A model generated the notes under the pieces. The model was not told the origin of the DNA, did no database searches, and saw nothing but the letters and a program-made list of their open reading frames with translations. 64,000 nucleotides of DNA, taken from the NCBI RefSeq assembly GCF_036321535.1, contig NC_087447.1:48362001-48426000 (forward strand). Reading direction: 5' to 3'. Positions 33,810-46,550 of this stretch are shown in pieces; the first letter of the stretch is position 1, and every line of letters begins with the position of its first letter. The DNA is from Camelus dromedarius (Eukaryota). The position numbers and the translations under genes are program-made.

Positions 33810-34620
33810 CACTGAGCACATTATATTTGTGAGATTCATCCAAATTACATGAAGTTGTAGTTCAATTCTCATTGCTGTATAGTCTCTATTGTGTGAATAT
33901 ATTCAATGTACATTTCAGTTATTTCTAGTTTTTGCTATTGCTATGAACCAAGATACAACCTTTTTCACTCTTAACAGCCTTATTAGGTACAATTTAAATA
34001 CCATACAATTCACTCATTGCTAAGTGTGCAGTTTAATTAAATCTTAGTAAATTTAAACAGTTGTGCAACAGTGACCACAGTCCAGTTTTAAATCACCTCC
34101 ATCACCCACAAAGTTCTGTTGTGTCTGTTTGCAGTCATTTATTTCCTTCACATTTAGCCCTTAATAACCACTAATGTTTTCTTTCTCTACAGCTTGCATT
34201 TTCTAAAATTTTCATGTAAATGCAATGTAGTCTTTGGTGTCTGGCTTCTTTCACTTCACGTAATGTTTTTTGAGTTTCACCCATGTTGGCTCATGTATCA
34301 GTAGTTTGTTCCTTTTTTATTGCTGAGTAGTATTCCATCACAATTATATAGAACATTTTTGTGAACTCACCAGCTGATGGGCATTTGGATTACATATTTC
34401 CATTTGGGCCTATTATGAATAATGCTGTTATGGACATTGATATACAGATCTTTGTATGGACATATGATTTCATTTCTCTTTGGTTAATAACTAAAAGTAG
34501 GATGGCTGGATCAGATGGTAGATACATATATAATATTTTAAGAAACTCAGAATTTTCCAAAGTCACTGTACCATCTTACATTTCACCAACAATGCATAGG
34601 GAGTCCAGTTTGTTTCCTAT
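33810..34620 (-). mobile_element. Old L1 3' fragments
   Basis: tgctgagtagtattccat, gatgggcatttgg, accaacaatgcatagg motifs. Confidence 0.7.
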
Positions 34621-34949
34621 AAAGTTTACTACTTTTAGTTGATAAAGCTGTGGATTTTTGCTTCTGTAAAATTATTACCTATATTTTATGCGTAAAGAAA
34701 CTGAGGATTCAGAAGACCAAGAATTTAACCCATGTCAGCCAATAACTATTAGAGCTGGGATTCTAACTTTGATTTTTATTACAAGCTCCATACTCATTAC
34801 ATTTACATGAATTCAGATGTATACTCATAGTCAAGAGATTTCCATCCCTGCAAACAGATTATTCATTGTTTTTGGTTCCCAAAAGCAAAGCCTTATTTTA
34901 GAAAGGGGTTTTTCTTTACCTCTTAAAAATTTGTTCATTTTAGAGAGAA

Positions 34950-36125
34950 CTTGGACCCTTACCTAATATCATGTACAAAAATTAACTCAAAATGGATCAA
35001 AGACCTAAATATAAGATCTAAAATTATAACACTTTTACAAGAAAACATAGGATAAAGGCTTCACAACACTACATTTGGCAATGATTTCTTGTGTATGATA
35101 CCAAAGGCACAGGCAACTAAAGAAAATGTAGACAAATTGGTGCTCATTAAAACTAAAAACTTATGTGCATCAAAGGACACAATCAATAGAGTAAAAAGAC
35201 AACCTTCAGAATGGTAGAAAATATTTGCAAGTCACATATTTGATAAGAGATTAACATCCAGAATATATAGAGAACTTCTGAAACTCAAAAACAACAGCAA
35301 AGACCCAATTCAAAGGTGGGCAAAGGACTTGAATAGACATTTCTCCAAAAAAGACATCCAGATGGCTAATAAGCACGTGAAAATGTGCTCAACATCACTA
35401 ATCATTACGGAAATGCAAATCAAAACTACAATGAGATACCACTTCACGCTCATTAGGATGGTTATTATTTTTAAAAATGGAAAATAAGTGTTGGTGTGGA
35501 TATGTAGAACTTGGTGGGGATGTAGAATGGTGCAGCTACCATGGAAAACAGTGTGGCGGCTCCTCAAATATTGAAAATAGACCTACTGTATGATCTAGCA
35601 ATTCTACTTCTGGGTATATACCCAGAAGAAGGGAAAGCAGGGTCTTGAAGAGATACTTGTACATCCATTTTCATAGTAGCATTGTTCACAATAGCCAAAA
35701 GGAGGAAGAACCCTAAGTATCTATTGATGGATAAGTGGCATATACATGTAATGGAGTATTTTTCATCCTTTAAAAAGAAGTAAATTCTGACACATGCTAT
35801 AAAGGTGAACCTTGAAGACATCATGCTAAGTGAAATAAGCTTGTCAACAAAATGATAAATTCTATATGATTCCACTGATACGAGATACCTAAAGTAGTAA
35901 AATTCATAGAAAGTATAATGGTGGTTGCCAGGGGCTGCGTGGGGGAGGGAAATGAAGCGTTACTGTTTTAAGGGAATGGTGTTTCAGGTTTGTGAGATGA
36001 AAAATTTCTGGGGATGGATGATTGCACAACATTATAAATGTATTTAACGTCACTGAACTGAACACTTAAAAATGACTAAGATGGTAGATTTTTTGTTATG
36101 TGCATTTTATCACAATTCTTAAAAA
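34950..36125 (+). mobile_element. 5'-truncated L1 (L1MB-like), ORF2 end plus 3' UTR
   Basis: aaaattaactcaaaatggatcaaagacctaaat ... caaatcaaaactacaatgagataccac ... cacttaaaaatg. Confidence 0.85.
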
Positions 36126-36758
36126 TTAACTAAAAATCTCATTCATTCACTCATTCATTTTGCGATATTTCACGCACTGTGTTAAGGGCCAGGGATACAA
36201 TCATAAATATGATTTTGTGCATGCCTGCAAGGAATTTACAGGCTCTTGGCTGTCAGACAGGTGGGTACAGTGTGACCAGGGCTGTGGGAGCCTGTCAAAG
36301 GGCACCTAAGTTCCCTATGTATGTTATATCCAGCATATGTTTAAGAAATAACATAAGTGGGCGAGGCAATAAGTACTACAAAGTCTGTGCCTTAGATTCA
36401 TTATCAGAAAGCTCTCTCCTAGGCAGAGGGGACATGGTGAGTCTGCTACTACCCAAGTGGTTTGGTTCAGAGACCAGAAAATGATTTGCTGGGAATATTA
36501 TTGAGGGTATCTCTATGTTATTACAAACACATGAACATCATCCTTTTCTTCTCTCACTACTCCTTCCAAATGGAATCTTTTTATTGATATTATTACTATT
36601 CTGTTCACTCAACTCCCACTTCCAGTATTCTTATCTGGGTTTTGACAACAGCCTCATCTTCCAGTAATTCATTCTCTACGCTGCAGCCAGTCACCCCTAC
36701 TTAAAATACTTCAGTGTCTCCACTTTCCGCTCAGAATAGTCCAGGCTCCTTAATGTGG

Positions 36759-37120
36759 TGTCTGAGTCAGCTCAGCCTGCCGTGAGAAATGCTATAGACC
36801 CGGTGGCTTTAATGACAGGAGTTTATTTCTCATTGTTCTGGAGGCTGGAAAGTCTGAGGCTCAAGGTGCCTGTCGTTGGGTTCCCTGGTGGAGGCTCTCT
36901 TCCTGACTGCAGAGAGCCTTTTCACTGTCCTCACATGGTGGAGAGAGCAAGCTTGGGTTTCTCTTCTTCTAAGGAACCTAATGCCATCATGGGGGCCCCA
37001 CCCTCATGACCTCATCTAAACTTAATTACCTCCCAAAGGCCCAACATCCACCTATCATTTCATTGTGTGTTAGGGCTTCAACATGTGAATTTTAGGGGGA
37101 CAAATATTCAGTCCATAATA
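36759..37120 (-). mobile_element. MLT1 (MaLR) solo LTR within an L2-like relic
   Basis: ttctggaggctggaaagtc ... ctcatgacctcatctaaacttaattacctcccaaaggccc ... ttcagtccata. Perfect 5-bp TSD TGTGG. Confidence 0.85.
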
Positions 37121-37816
37121 TGTGGCTTCTACAGCCTTTCAGAGCTTCTGTTTTACTTTTCATCCCCATCTCTCCCACTGCTTCCCTTTAGTCTGCAACC
37201 TAGCCATACTGCCAGCTGGCAATACTTGAACGTTCCTTGTTCTTGCTTCTTTCTGGGTCTTTGTATAAGTCATTCCCTCTGCCTAGAATGACTTTCCCCT
37301 CTTTTGCTTGGATAACTCCTTGTCCTTTAGGTGTCTTCTTCAGAGAAGCGTCCTTGCCCCCAAACCAGGTCAGGCGTCCTTAATCTGTCTTCCTGCTCTT
37401 GAGTGCCATGTGCATTTCTCTGCTGTGGCTTTTATCACTCTGTCTGGTTTATTTGTCTTTCCTGCCCCACCACCTACCACCCCAATGAACTCCTTGAAGG
37501 CAGGACTGGCCTTGTTCACTTCAGCACCTAGTGACTTTTAAGGTATGCACAACGAATATTTTCCTTTGTATAGCACTCAGCAGTTTTCAAAGTGTCTTGA
37601 CACAAATTAACTCATCTATAGAGATATAATTATACTTCCTCACTTAACATTTATTCCTTCTGAATAAAACATTCATTTTAAAAATATTACTTTTCCTGAC
37701 AAGAATTCTGTAAAGTCAGTTACCCACTGTGTCACTAATGTGACTGCGTCAGGGCCCAAACTATCTCATTTTTGCCTGATCTACTAGAAAGTTGCATGAA
37801 AAAGCAGATTTCTTTT

Positions 37817-38337
37817 TGTAACAAGCAGGACCCTATGGGCCCTTTCTGGGATGGGCCCTTTCTGGGATGGGCCCTTTCTGGGACAGGCCCCTCCGCCATA
37901 TCCTCTGCATTAGCTCCTCTCTGAAGTACCTAGATAATTGTTATCTGATGCGTATTTCCTGAGTTGTTTTATGGATGCTAAAACCCCCACCAGATGGAAG
38001 AAATTTACTACTTGATGACCACAAGCACATAGCCCCCAGGCCTATTGGCGCATAGGGGTTGATAATGTTAACTCCTGTGACACCGCCCTGTTAACTCACC
38101 ATCAACCAATCAGAGAATTGTGCACGAGCTACTACCCTGGGACGCCCCTCCCTCACCTTGTCTTAAAAATGCTTTGCAGAACCCATCAGGGAGTTCAGGC
38201 TTTTTAAGCACTGGCTGCCTCCAATTCCTTGCACTATGCCCTGCAGTAAACGCTGCACTTCTCTTCAGCACAACCTGGTGTCAGTAGATTGGCTTTACTG
38301 TGCATGGGCAAGCAGACCCAAGTTTGGTTCGGTAAGA
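37817..38337 (+). mobile_element. Solo ERV1-type LTR (same family as 18486-18930)
   Basis: TGTAAC start; shares blocks such as atcaaccaatcagagaa, gggacgcccctccctca and ccctgcagtaaac. TSD TTTT. Confidence 0.85.
37835..37882 (+). repeat. 3 x 16-bp perfect tandem repeat
   Basis: (atgggccctttctggg)3. Confidence 0.95.
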
Positions 38338-38629
38338 TTTTGAATGACTTGATGGAGGTAAGTGTCGGTAGGGGTGCAGAGGGGGAATGCGTGTGGCTTC
38401 CCTGTGGCCTCAGCTGGTGATCTGACCTCATGAGTTTGCATCTCTGGATTCCTGATGGCAAAAATTGGGAGTAGGACTCGGAAGGGAATTCCTGTGGCTT
38501 GGAGGAAGCTGTCTTTTAATTCTTAGACTTACAGAACTTTAGAGTCTTAGGTCATTTGGTTCAACCTCTGCCTTTAACAAGCAGGGAAGGAGATGTAGTA
38601 TTTTGCCCAGTAAACCTCAGAAGACCTTC

Positions 38630-39310
38630 TGTTACCAAATTCAGTTGTATGGACCCTGCTTGGGTCCGTCTGAGGCTCTCTGCCTCAGTGAGGGAGGGTT
38701 CTTTTTCCATTTGTGTTCAAGTTGGTGAATAATGAAACCAAAAGCTGAGACTGACAGCACAAGCTTTGTCCCATGGCCAAAGAATGGAGAAGTGGGAACC
38801 AAGTTCACTGATCAACTTCTTGCCCACCTGCAGAGAGGGATTTAATTTTAAAGAGTGAAAACACAGGGAGGAGGAGGGAAGCTAATAATGGGGAGGCATA
38901 TGCATTAGCCTAAGAGGGAAGGGGCAGGGCTTTTCCGAGGGGGGTGGTGCCACCCCCTTTTAATCCTTTTTTGGTCCTTAATGTCCGATCATGGCCACCA
39001 ATAGGTGTGTCATTTAATATGCTAGTTTAGTAAAATCAACATATAATAAGACTTTTTCTGTTGGAGGCCAGATTCCTTGCCATCTTGGTCCCAGCTGGTT
39101 CCATCTGGTTTTGTTTGTTTGTGGCTTCCTTATATCTGGACCCTTTAATTAAAGATTTTATGTTAACTCCTTCTAAAGATAGGGGTTGGCCGGTTGTGAG
39201 CAAAGACCTGGAGCAGCTGTGTTAGCACTCCCACCAATCTTGTTTTCCCTTCCCCAAAAGCCTGAAGTTGGAAGCCACTAGGCTTCTGATCCCAGTCAAA
39301 ATATCTCTCA
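38630..39310 (-). mobile_element. Possible further ERV LTR relic
   Basis: TGTTACC start and LTR-like composition; end and TSD not resolved. Confidence 0.35.
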
Positions 39311-39496
39311 GAAGCATTTATCCTCTCTGTTTCAGCATCATCATCTGAATAGTATGCTCTGAGCAGATGTGTGTTAGCATTGCTACATAGAAATTCATGG
39401 AAGACATAGTCCTTGGCCTCTAGGAACTTAGACAAACCAACTTGGAGTTTAAAAATGATTTACACATGCCATCAAATGAAAAGAAAATTTTAAATG

Positions 39497-39637
39497 TTTT
39501 TTTGTTTGTTTGTTTTGTTTTTTGGGGGAGGTAATTAGGTTTATTTATTTTTTATTTTTAATGGAAGTACTGGGGATTGAATTTAGGACCTTGTGTATGC
39601 TAAGCATGCACTCTACCACTGAACTGTACCCTGCCCC
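39497..39637 (-). mobile_element. tRNA-derived SINE (camelid-type)
   Basis: Reverse of gggtacagttcagtggtagagtgcatgcttagcat...aggtcctaaattcaatcccc, with A-rich tail. Confidence 0.85.
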
Positions 39638-40262
39638 ATAAATATGGGTTTTATTTGAAAACCAAACAGGACATTAAATCAAAATAATTTTTAATTTTTT
39701 GATTTTTGTTTGGACTTTTCGTTTGTATATATAGATAATCTCAAATTATGATTTAGATTTAGGAAAGTGTTGAGGGTAAGTGGATATTCATTTTTTTCCC
39801 CAGGGTGCAAAGGAGTCAGAGCAGGGAAGGAGGGATCACATCACTGAGCACTTCCTATGAGGTGGGGACTGTCATTCCTACTTCTCCATAGGACTCAGGT
39901 GCAAGGATCCCCGTGATTAGGTTACTAGGAGTGTGTGTGAGTGTGTGTGTAAGGTGAGGTTTGAACCCAGTTTTTCACCAGAGCCACATAGGCTGCTGAG
40001 GAGCAGAAAAGGACTGGCATTCTGGGTCCCTATTATCGACGTGAAATATGGCCAGTTAAGTTCAGAAGGACGTCATCTGGTTCAAACCCACCTTTTACAG
40101 ATGGAGGAGCCGAATCCCTAGGGTAGAAGGCAGTGTGTGCGTTTGGGCCCGATGTGACTCAGTGCTGACAAACAGGAAGCCTGAAGTGAGAAAGGGAAAT
40201 TCCATCCAAGAAAGAAGGCAGAAAAGTGGCTATTCTCATTCCACACTCAAGGTGTGAATTCC

Positions 40263-40268
40263 TTTATT
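40263..40268 (-). terminator. Probable UCP3 distal poly(A) signal
   Basis: Minus-strand AATAAA about 1.03 kb after the stop. Further AATAAA at 41025, 41086 and 41243. Confidence 0.6.
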
Positions 40269-41299
40269 GAGTCACAATCATTTTCTAAAAATTCTGGGAC
40301 CTGGTACTTAGGCTTTCAGTCCAGCATTTACCTCTTTATCCCTAAACTAAACCCTCTAAAGTGCCTCATAGTCCAGGGGGTGGGGGGCTGCATGGTAGTG
40401 AGGCTCCCACAGCTGCACGTCATACTTAGTCACCCCCAGCTCCTGGTTCCTTTGGTCTCACCTCTAGACATCTGTGTCATTCAAAAGCATTGTCCCAGGC
40501 ACTTCCTCACTGACCAGCAAAATCTTTCGTAGGGCCTTGTCCTTACATTTGTGCTTGTACAGAGTTATTGCTTTTACAAACTGCTTTCTTGCCCAGCTTC
40601 TCCCTTGATCCTTATAACATACCAGGTGAAGTAGGGAAGGGATTGTTACTCCCATTTTACAGGAAAGGAGACCGAGGCTGCCCTCTTGTTTCTCCAGTGT
40701 CATCAGCAAACATTTACAGATCTCAGCCTCACGCTGACCCAGCAGTGCTCCTTTGACAAAGGTTCTAGACTTTCTCTTTTTCCTCTTTCCTAGAATGCCA
40801 GTGGATGCTACACAGCAGACACGTTTCAAATATGGCTGATTGAAGGCTGTGGTCCAAAGCTTTGGCAGTGCCCTTCTAGACTCCTTAGCTGATTTCCACA
40901 TGTATCACATGCCGCTCCTGTCCCATGCTTGCAGTCTTTCCTGTTTATAACTCATCATCTGATCAGATTTTTCAGGGGACATAAGTTGGCAAACTTCCAT
41001 TTTATCCAAATGAATCTGTTTTGGTTTATTTCCTCTTGCCTAAATGTTAGGCGGCCAACCTAACAGGTTGCACAAATTAATATAATTTATTTTCCATCTT
41101 GTCAGTGCAAAACAAAGGTGTTCTTAAGACAAAGCACTGAAGACCAAAATCCTTCCTCCTCTCCTGTTTTTTGAGTCAGCAGCAAGTAAACAGCTCTGTA
41201 AACATGTGTGGGTCCGTGTCCTTGTGTGCAGGGACCCACAGTTTTATTCCATCCTTAACAGGTTTTGTCCTACTTCAGTATCAAGTGGCCTCTTCTTAT

Positions 41300-41414
41300 T
41301 CAAAATGGAGATTCCCGAAACATCTGGACTTCCATCAAGGCCCGTTTCAGCTGCTCGTAGGTGACAAACATCACCACATTCCAGGCTCCCAGACGCAAAA
41401 AGGAGGGTGTGAAT
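41300..41414 (-). CDS. UCP3: UCP3 exon 7 coding part
   Basis: catcag| [40 protein letters not shown]. Confidence 0.96.
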
Positions 41415-42217
41415 CTGATGAGAGAAACAACCACAGTATCAGATGGGGGGACTGAGTCCCACATAGATGCACGTGCTCGCCACGTTCTTGGTGTTCCTGC
41501 CCAGGGCTAGCCGTCTGTGAGTCACGGCATTTTCTGATACTGTTTAGTCTTTCTTCTCTGCTGAAGGAATTTAGGCAGAAGTTGGAGTCAAGAAAGGGAA
41601 GGAAACTAACATTTTTGAGCTGAGTTACTGTGTCAGGCAGTTAATTCTCACAGTTCTATCAGGTAGCTGTGATTGTTGCCAGTTATTCCCCCCCTAGAAA
41701 TAGAGGTTGTTAGAGTCAGGTGTTTTCAACTAAGATTTATCTTGCACCTGGGTGTTTCTGGGCTCATTTACAACCTGAGTGGCCACCCCTGAGGAGGCCC
41801 CTGCCTCTAGCTGGGCAAAAACAAGAACAATGTGACACTAAATTTGGCTAATTTTCCAAGAGCCTGCCTGTCCCATTACAGAGCAGCTGGGAGAGTCCCC
41901 ATCTCAGGGGAAGAGCTCATGACTTGGCCCCTGTCTTCTTCAGCCTCTCTCCGTGAATCCCCTCCTGCCTCTCAGCTCCTGCCAGACCCTTCCTCCCACA
42001 CCTTTGCCAACGTTGCTCCTTCTGCTTGGACCATCCCCTCTCCTGGCTTGGCTGGTTGCTCTTTGCTCTGTGGGACTCAGCCTGGGCACCAGAACCTCAC
42101 ACTGAGGCCTCTCCTGAACCTCAGCCTGGGCCCTTCACAGGGAGTATAGCACGGGGAGCAACAAATGTGAACTCGGGGGTGAGACCTGGGTTCAAATTCT
42201 AGCTTGACCAGTTTCTT

Positions 42218-42360
42218 TCAATTTTATTATTTTTGTTATTGTGGGGGGAGGTAGTCAGGCTTATTTAATTATTTTTCAGTGGAGGTACTGGGAATTGAAC
42301 CTAGGACCTTGTGCATGCTAAGCATGCACTCTACCACTGAGCTAAACCCTTCTCTCCTCA
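42218..42360 (-). mobile_element. tRNA-derived SINE (camelid-type) in UCP3 intron 6, inside a MIR
   Basis: tagctcagtggtagagtgcatgcttagcatgcacaaggtcctaggttcaattccc on the minus strand. Perfect 11-bp TSD ACCAGTTTCTT (42207-42217, 42361-42371). Confidence 0.9.
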
Positions 42361-43093
42361 ACCAGTTTCTTGAACTCAGTTTTTCTCAGGCTGTTTCCTT
42401 ATCTGTAACGTGAGGACAATAATGGTCTTTCCTCCACAGAGTCATTGAGAGGACTGAATGAGTGAACGTGCAGCACGCAGCACAGGGCTCGGTATCAGTA
42501 AATCCTCATTACATGTCACTTACTTGTTGGCTGCTCTTCAAAGGAAGCACAGCACGGGGCCCAGCACCCACGAGATGCTCCATGCATGTTGTCCAAATGA
42601 AAGGACAAACCAAGACAAGTGGCTACAGCTGAAGAGTGTAATAATGGAGGCACTTATAGGAAAAGGACTGTCAGCTGAAACTCGGTTTTGTGCCGTCATC
42701 CCAGGGTCAAGAACGTGTTTGCTTGTTAGGTCCAGTATAACACCGGGCACCAGAAAACTCTCCTCTGAGGTGAAGGTAAGAGCGCTGGGCAAAGAGCTTA
42801 GTGTGGTGTGGATGACATGCTGTTGCATGGCGTCTACCAGTCTGGGTTTGAACCAGGACTCTGCCATTTAAACTTTGTGAGCTTGGGCAAGTTCCTTGAC
42901 CTTTCTGCATCTCAGTCTCTTCCTCAGTAAATGTGGAGAACATGACCCAGTTCAAGAGGGTGTTGAGATAATATATGTGAAGTGCTTAGCACCAGGCCTA
43001 ACACTTAGTGACTTTGGTCCTGGTGATTGTTAATAACCTACCCTATAGAGCACTGGCTTTGTGCTGGGGACTCTGGGAGATGAAAGATGTATA

Positions 43094-43319
43094 CAGTTGA
43101 CCCTTGAACAACACAGGTTTGAACTGTGTGGGTCCACTTACACAGATCTTTTTTCAATAGTAAATACTACAGTACTACACGATCTGTGGTTGGTTGGATC
43201 TGTGGATGTGGAACCAGGGCTGTGGAGGAACTGCATATGTGGAGGGCTGACTATAAATCGTACACGTCTGCAGCTGTATAGGGTCAGCCCTCTTAATCCT
43301 CTCGTTCAAGGGGTAACTA
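43094..43319. mobile_element. Tigger2-derived MITE (TcMar)
   Basis: TA|CAGTTGACCCTTGAAC ... GTTCAAGGGGTAACTA|TA: terminal inverted repeats with TA TSD. Confidence 0.85.
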
Positions 43320-43993
43320 TAAGCCACCAGTCCTTGGCTGAAAGGAGCTTGCATTCTAGCATGGGGGATAATCTAAACTTACAAATACTGTATTACAAAG
43401 TAGGAAGTGGTAGATACCATAAAAATGGTATCAAGGAAGTATTGCTGAAGTTCACAGGGAGAAAAATTTATACCTGAGAGTGTTAGGGAGGAGGTGGCAT
43501 TTGAACTAGTCTTGAAGGACGGCTAAGATTTAGAAGGTGTAGATGGTGTAGGAAAGGCATTCCACCCAGAGGGAACACTTAATGCCGAGACAAAGAAGCG
43601 GGAAAACATGAAGCACATTGGGCATTTGGGCTGCCACCCCTGGGGACCGACGGTACTGGCAGAGGGTCAGGGAAAACTCTCAGGATTACCAACCAGCTTC
43701 TCCTCCTTTTTACCTGCCCAGTATGTTTGGAGCTGGCACTTTGACCTATGCCTACACTCCTTTTTCTCAGATAAGCCTCTCTGACTCCAAATCAGACTTG
43801 GTCCACCCTCTTTAAAAATTTCTGTAGGTCTTTATACTTGTTCTCTGTGGCATTTACATCTGTGCTGTCCACCACTGCATTTCCAGATGGACCCATGTGG
43901 GCACAATCTGCATGGAGGGAAGGAAGGAAGGTGTGGAGGGAGGCCTGAGTTCTCTCTCTGGGAGAGAATGCGGAGGCAGGAGGGGAGGCTCAC

Positions 43994-44174
43994 CCCTTAT
44001 AGAAGGCTGTGGGGCCTTCCTGGGTCACTAGCTTCAGCATACAGTCCAAGGGGCTGTGGTACTGGCCTGGCAGCGAGTTCATGTACCGGGTCTTCACCAC
44101 ATCTACTGGGGAGGCCACCACTGTGGCACAGAAGCCGGCTCCAAAGGCAGAGACAAAGTGGCAAGGGAAGTTGT
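43994..44174 (-). CDS. UCP3: UCP3 exon 6
   Basis: [33 protein letters not shown]...AFYKG; AG/GT boundaries. Confidence 0.97.
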
Positions 44175-44647
44175 CTGTAGTGGGGAAGGGAAAAGCAAAT
44201 ATTGGGCTGGGAGATGGTCATGCTCTTGCTTTCTGTTCTCTGTGTGTTCATTGTCCCTAAAGAAACTGAACTCCTTGAGCATAAGGATACTGTTCTCCAA
44301 ATCGCTCACAGTACCCAGGGTGGAGCTCTTGGTAAGAACTCGAGAAACAGAACTGGGTCATCCCAGAGGTGGAAGCTAATCCAGCCCAACCATCTCGTTT
44401 GAGGAAACTGAAGTCAGAAGGTGACCCTTGCCTAAAGGTGCATGGGAAGAAGTGGTGTCAGCCTGGAATCCAAGTCCCTGGCCTCCTGTCCAGGCTTCTT
44501 TCCTACTTGTCATAATGATGTACTGGGCACTGCCCCTCTCTACACTCCTTCTAAAGCCCAGTCTTCTCTGGGTGGTGTCCACTCTGTAGAGTCCTGGGTT
44601 CCCTCCCTGCTGTGGGAGGGCTGTCTGCCTGGAGCCCAGGGCCTCAC

Positions 44648-44749
44648 CAGTGAGCAGGTGATAGTCTAGCAGCTTCTCCTTGATGACGTCGTAGGTCACC
44701 ATCTCAGCACAGTTGACGATGGCATTCCTCGTGATGTTGGGCAGAGTTC
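44648..44749 (-). CDS. UCP3: UCP3 exon 5
   Basis: [37 protein letters not shown] boundaries. Confidence 0.97.
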
Positions 44750-45880
44750 CTGTGAGGAAAGGGGTGAGGCTGATGAGTGGGGAATAGGAGAAGTGGACAA
44801 TCCTGGCTGCAAGGCCACAGGCCCCAGTTTGGGGGACATTGTGCCCCATTCCACTGTTCTCAGAGGAGCCTACCTCAGGTGGGCTGATTCCACAGTTTCC
44901 TTTCCAGTGTTAAAAACTCAGATTATCATGTCCATCTTAGAGACAGAAGACAGAGAGGCCCTCTTGTGTTTGTTTAGGCCACATTTTGAAGGATGATCTA
45001 CAACATCTATCAAAATTAAAATATGCCTCCCTGAGACCTGGCTAGAACCAGAAAAGGAAGTATTTCTTTGGGAAAGGGAGGCTGAGCTCTTGGAACAGTG
45101 ACAGAGTGTCTTCCTGGCATGGCCCTTGGAAAGCATCAAGACCAACCCCCTGGTTTCACAGATGAGGGATGGGCCCCAGGAGGGCACCCAGCAAGTAAGG
45201 CTGTGACCCAGGTGTCCTGCCCTTAACCTTCACTGGGTCACTGTTTCTCCTGCAAGCTTCATGTGAGCCCTGGCCATGTGTGGGAGAGACTCCAGCATTT
45301 GTCAAGGGGGCCACTACTTAGACACGTAGGAAACCCCTAAAGCCTTGTTCTCAAGGAAGACCCCCTCCTCATGGCTGCTTCCCCAGTGGCCTCTGTTTCT
45401 GCTCCATGCCCTGCAGTCACCCGTCGTAGGTCTTTGTTGGGGAGGCCCTTCCCACCCATCTCTATGCACCAAGAGACTGCTGAGCCCTTGAGGCCCAACT
45501 TTCATGTTACCCTCCCCCATCCAAGTCCACATTGTCTCTCCCAACCTCCAGCCCTGCACCTCTGTGTGAACCTAGCACATCCTGCCCTGTGGAATGGCTG
45601 CTCCTTGACATGTCCCATTTCTCTGTGTGAGAGCCACGAGGGTGCCTTCTATTTCATTTCAGTCTCCCTCGCAGCCCTGTATATGGTGACAGGTTGGCAA
45701 AGTGAGCTGAATTTGGGCCAGTGTGGCATGTCAATTGGGATGTGGGGATGGCTGGGATGTTCCTTTGGAATCACTGGAATCCACATGCTGGGAGCTCCCC
45801 TCGTTGCTCAGTTTCCTGCCCCAGCCCTAGAGTAGGAAAATCTCTGCCGAAGGCTCTATGAACCTGGAGTCCAGACCTAC

Positions 45881-46081
45881 CTTTCCACAGGCCCCGGACT
45901 CCTTCCTCCCTGGCGATGGTCCTATAGGCATCCATTGTCCCACTGTACTTCCTGTTGCTCCGGGACCCACCGTGCACACTGGCCTGAAATCGGACCTTCA
46001 CCACGTCAGTAGGCTGGGCACAGGTTACTGCCATGGCCCCGGTGGTGCAGCCTGCCAAAATCCGGGTAGCGATGCTGGAGT
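45881..46081 (-). CDS. UCP3: UCP3 exon 4
   Basis: [34 protein letters not shown]...GLWK; AG/GT boundaries. Confidence 0.97.
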
Positions 46082-46339
46082 CTGGAGAGGAGGAGAGTGA
46101 GTGGGCCAGTGTTCTGCCACCCAGCACCCCTGTGGGCCTGATGCTGATCTCTGGGGGCCGCCCCTGCCTGGTGCCTGCCTTCCCTGGGCCAGGGCTCTGG
46201 AGCTTCCTTGATGGAGGCTCAGTCTCCTGAGCATCTGTTACCAGCTCCCCACTTCCAGCTCTGCCTAAGTCGCACTGCCCTGGTCTCCTGACCCTCAGCC
46301 TAGATTCTGCTTCTGCACCCACCCCACCCCGGCACTCAC

Positions 46340-46550
46340 GATCCGAGCCCTTGGGGGTGTAGAACTGCTTGACAGAGTCGTAGAGGCCGATGCGGATGGA
46401 GGCGAAGCTCATCTGGCGCTGCAGGCCGGCAACCAGCCCATTGTAGAGGCTGCGGGGGCCCTCGGTGCGTACCATGGTCAGGATGGTACCCAGCACGCCG
46501 CGGTACTGCGCAATCTGGGCTGCCCGGGCCGCCTGGTTCTCCCCCTGGAT
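46340..46550 (-). CDS. UCP3: UCP3 exon 3
   Basis: [31 protein letters not shown]...[12 protein letters not shown] boundaries. Confidence 0.97.

Noticed and set aside
45771..46496. 241-aa ORF, the longest in the track
   Set aside because: It is UCP3 exon 3, a stop-free 258-nt intron and exon 4 read together from a CTG, not a separate gene. In-frame intron retention is possible but unsupported.
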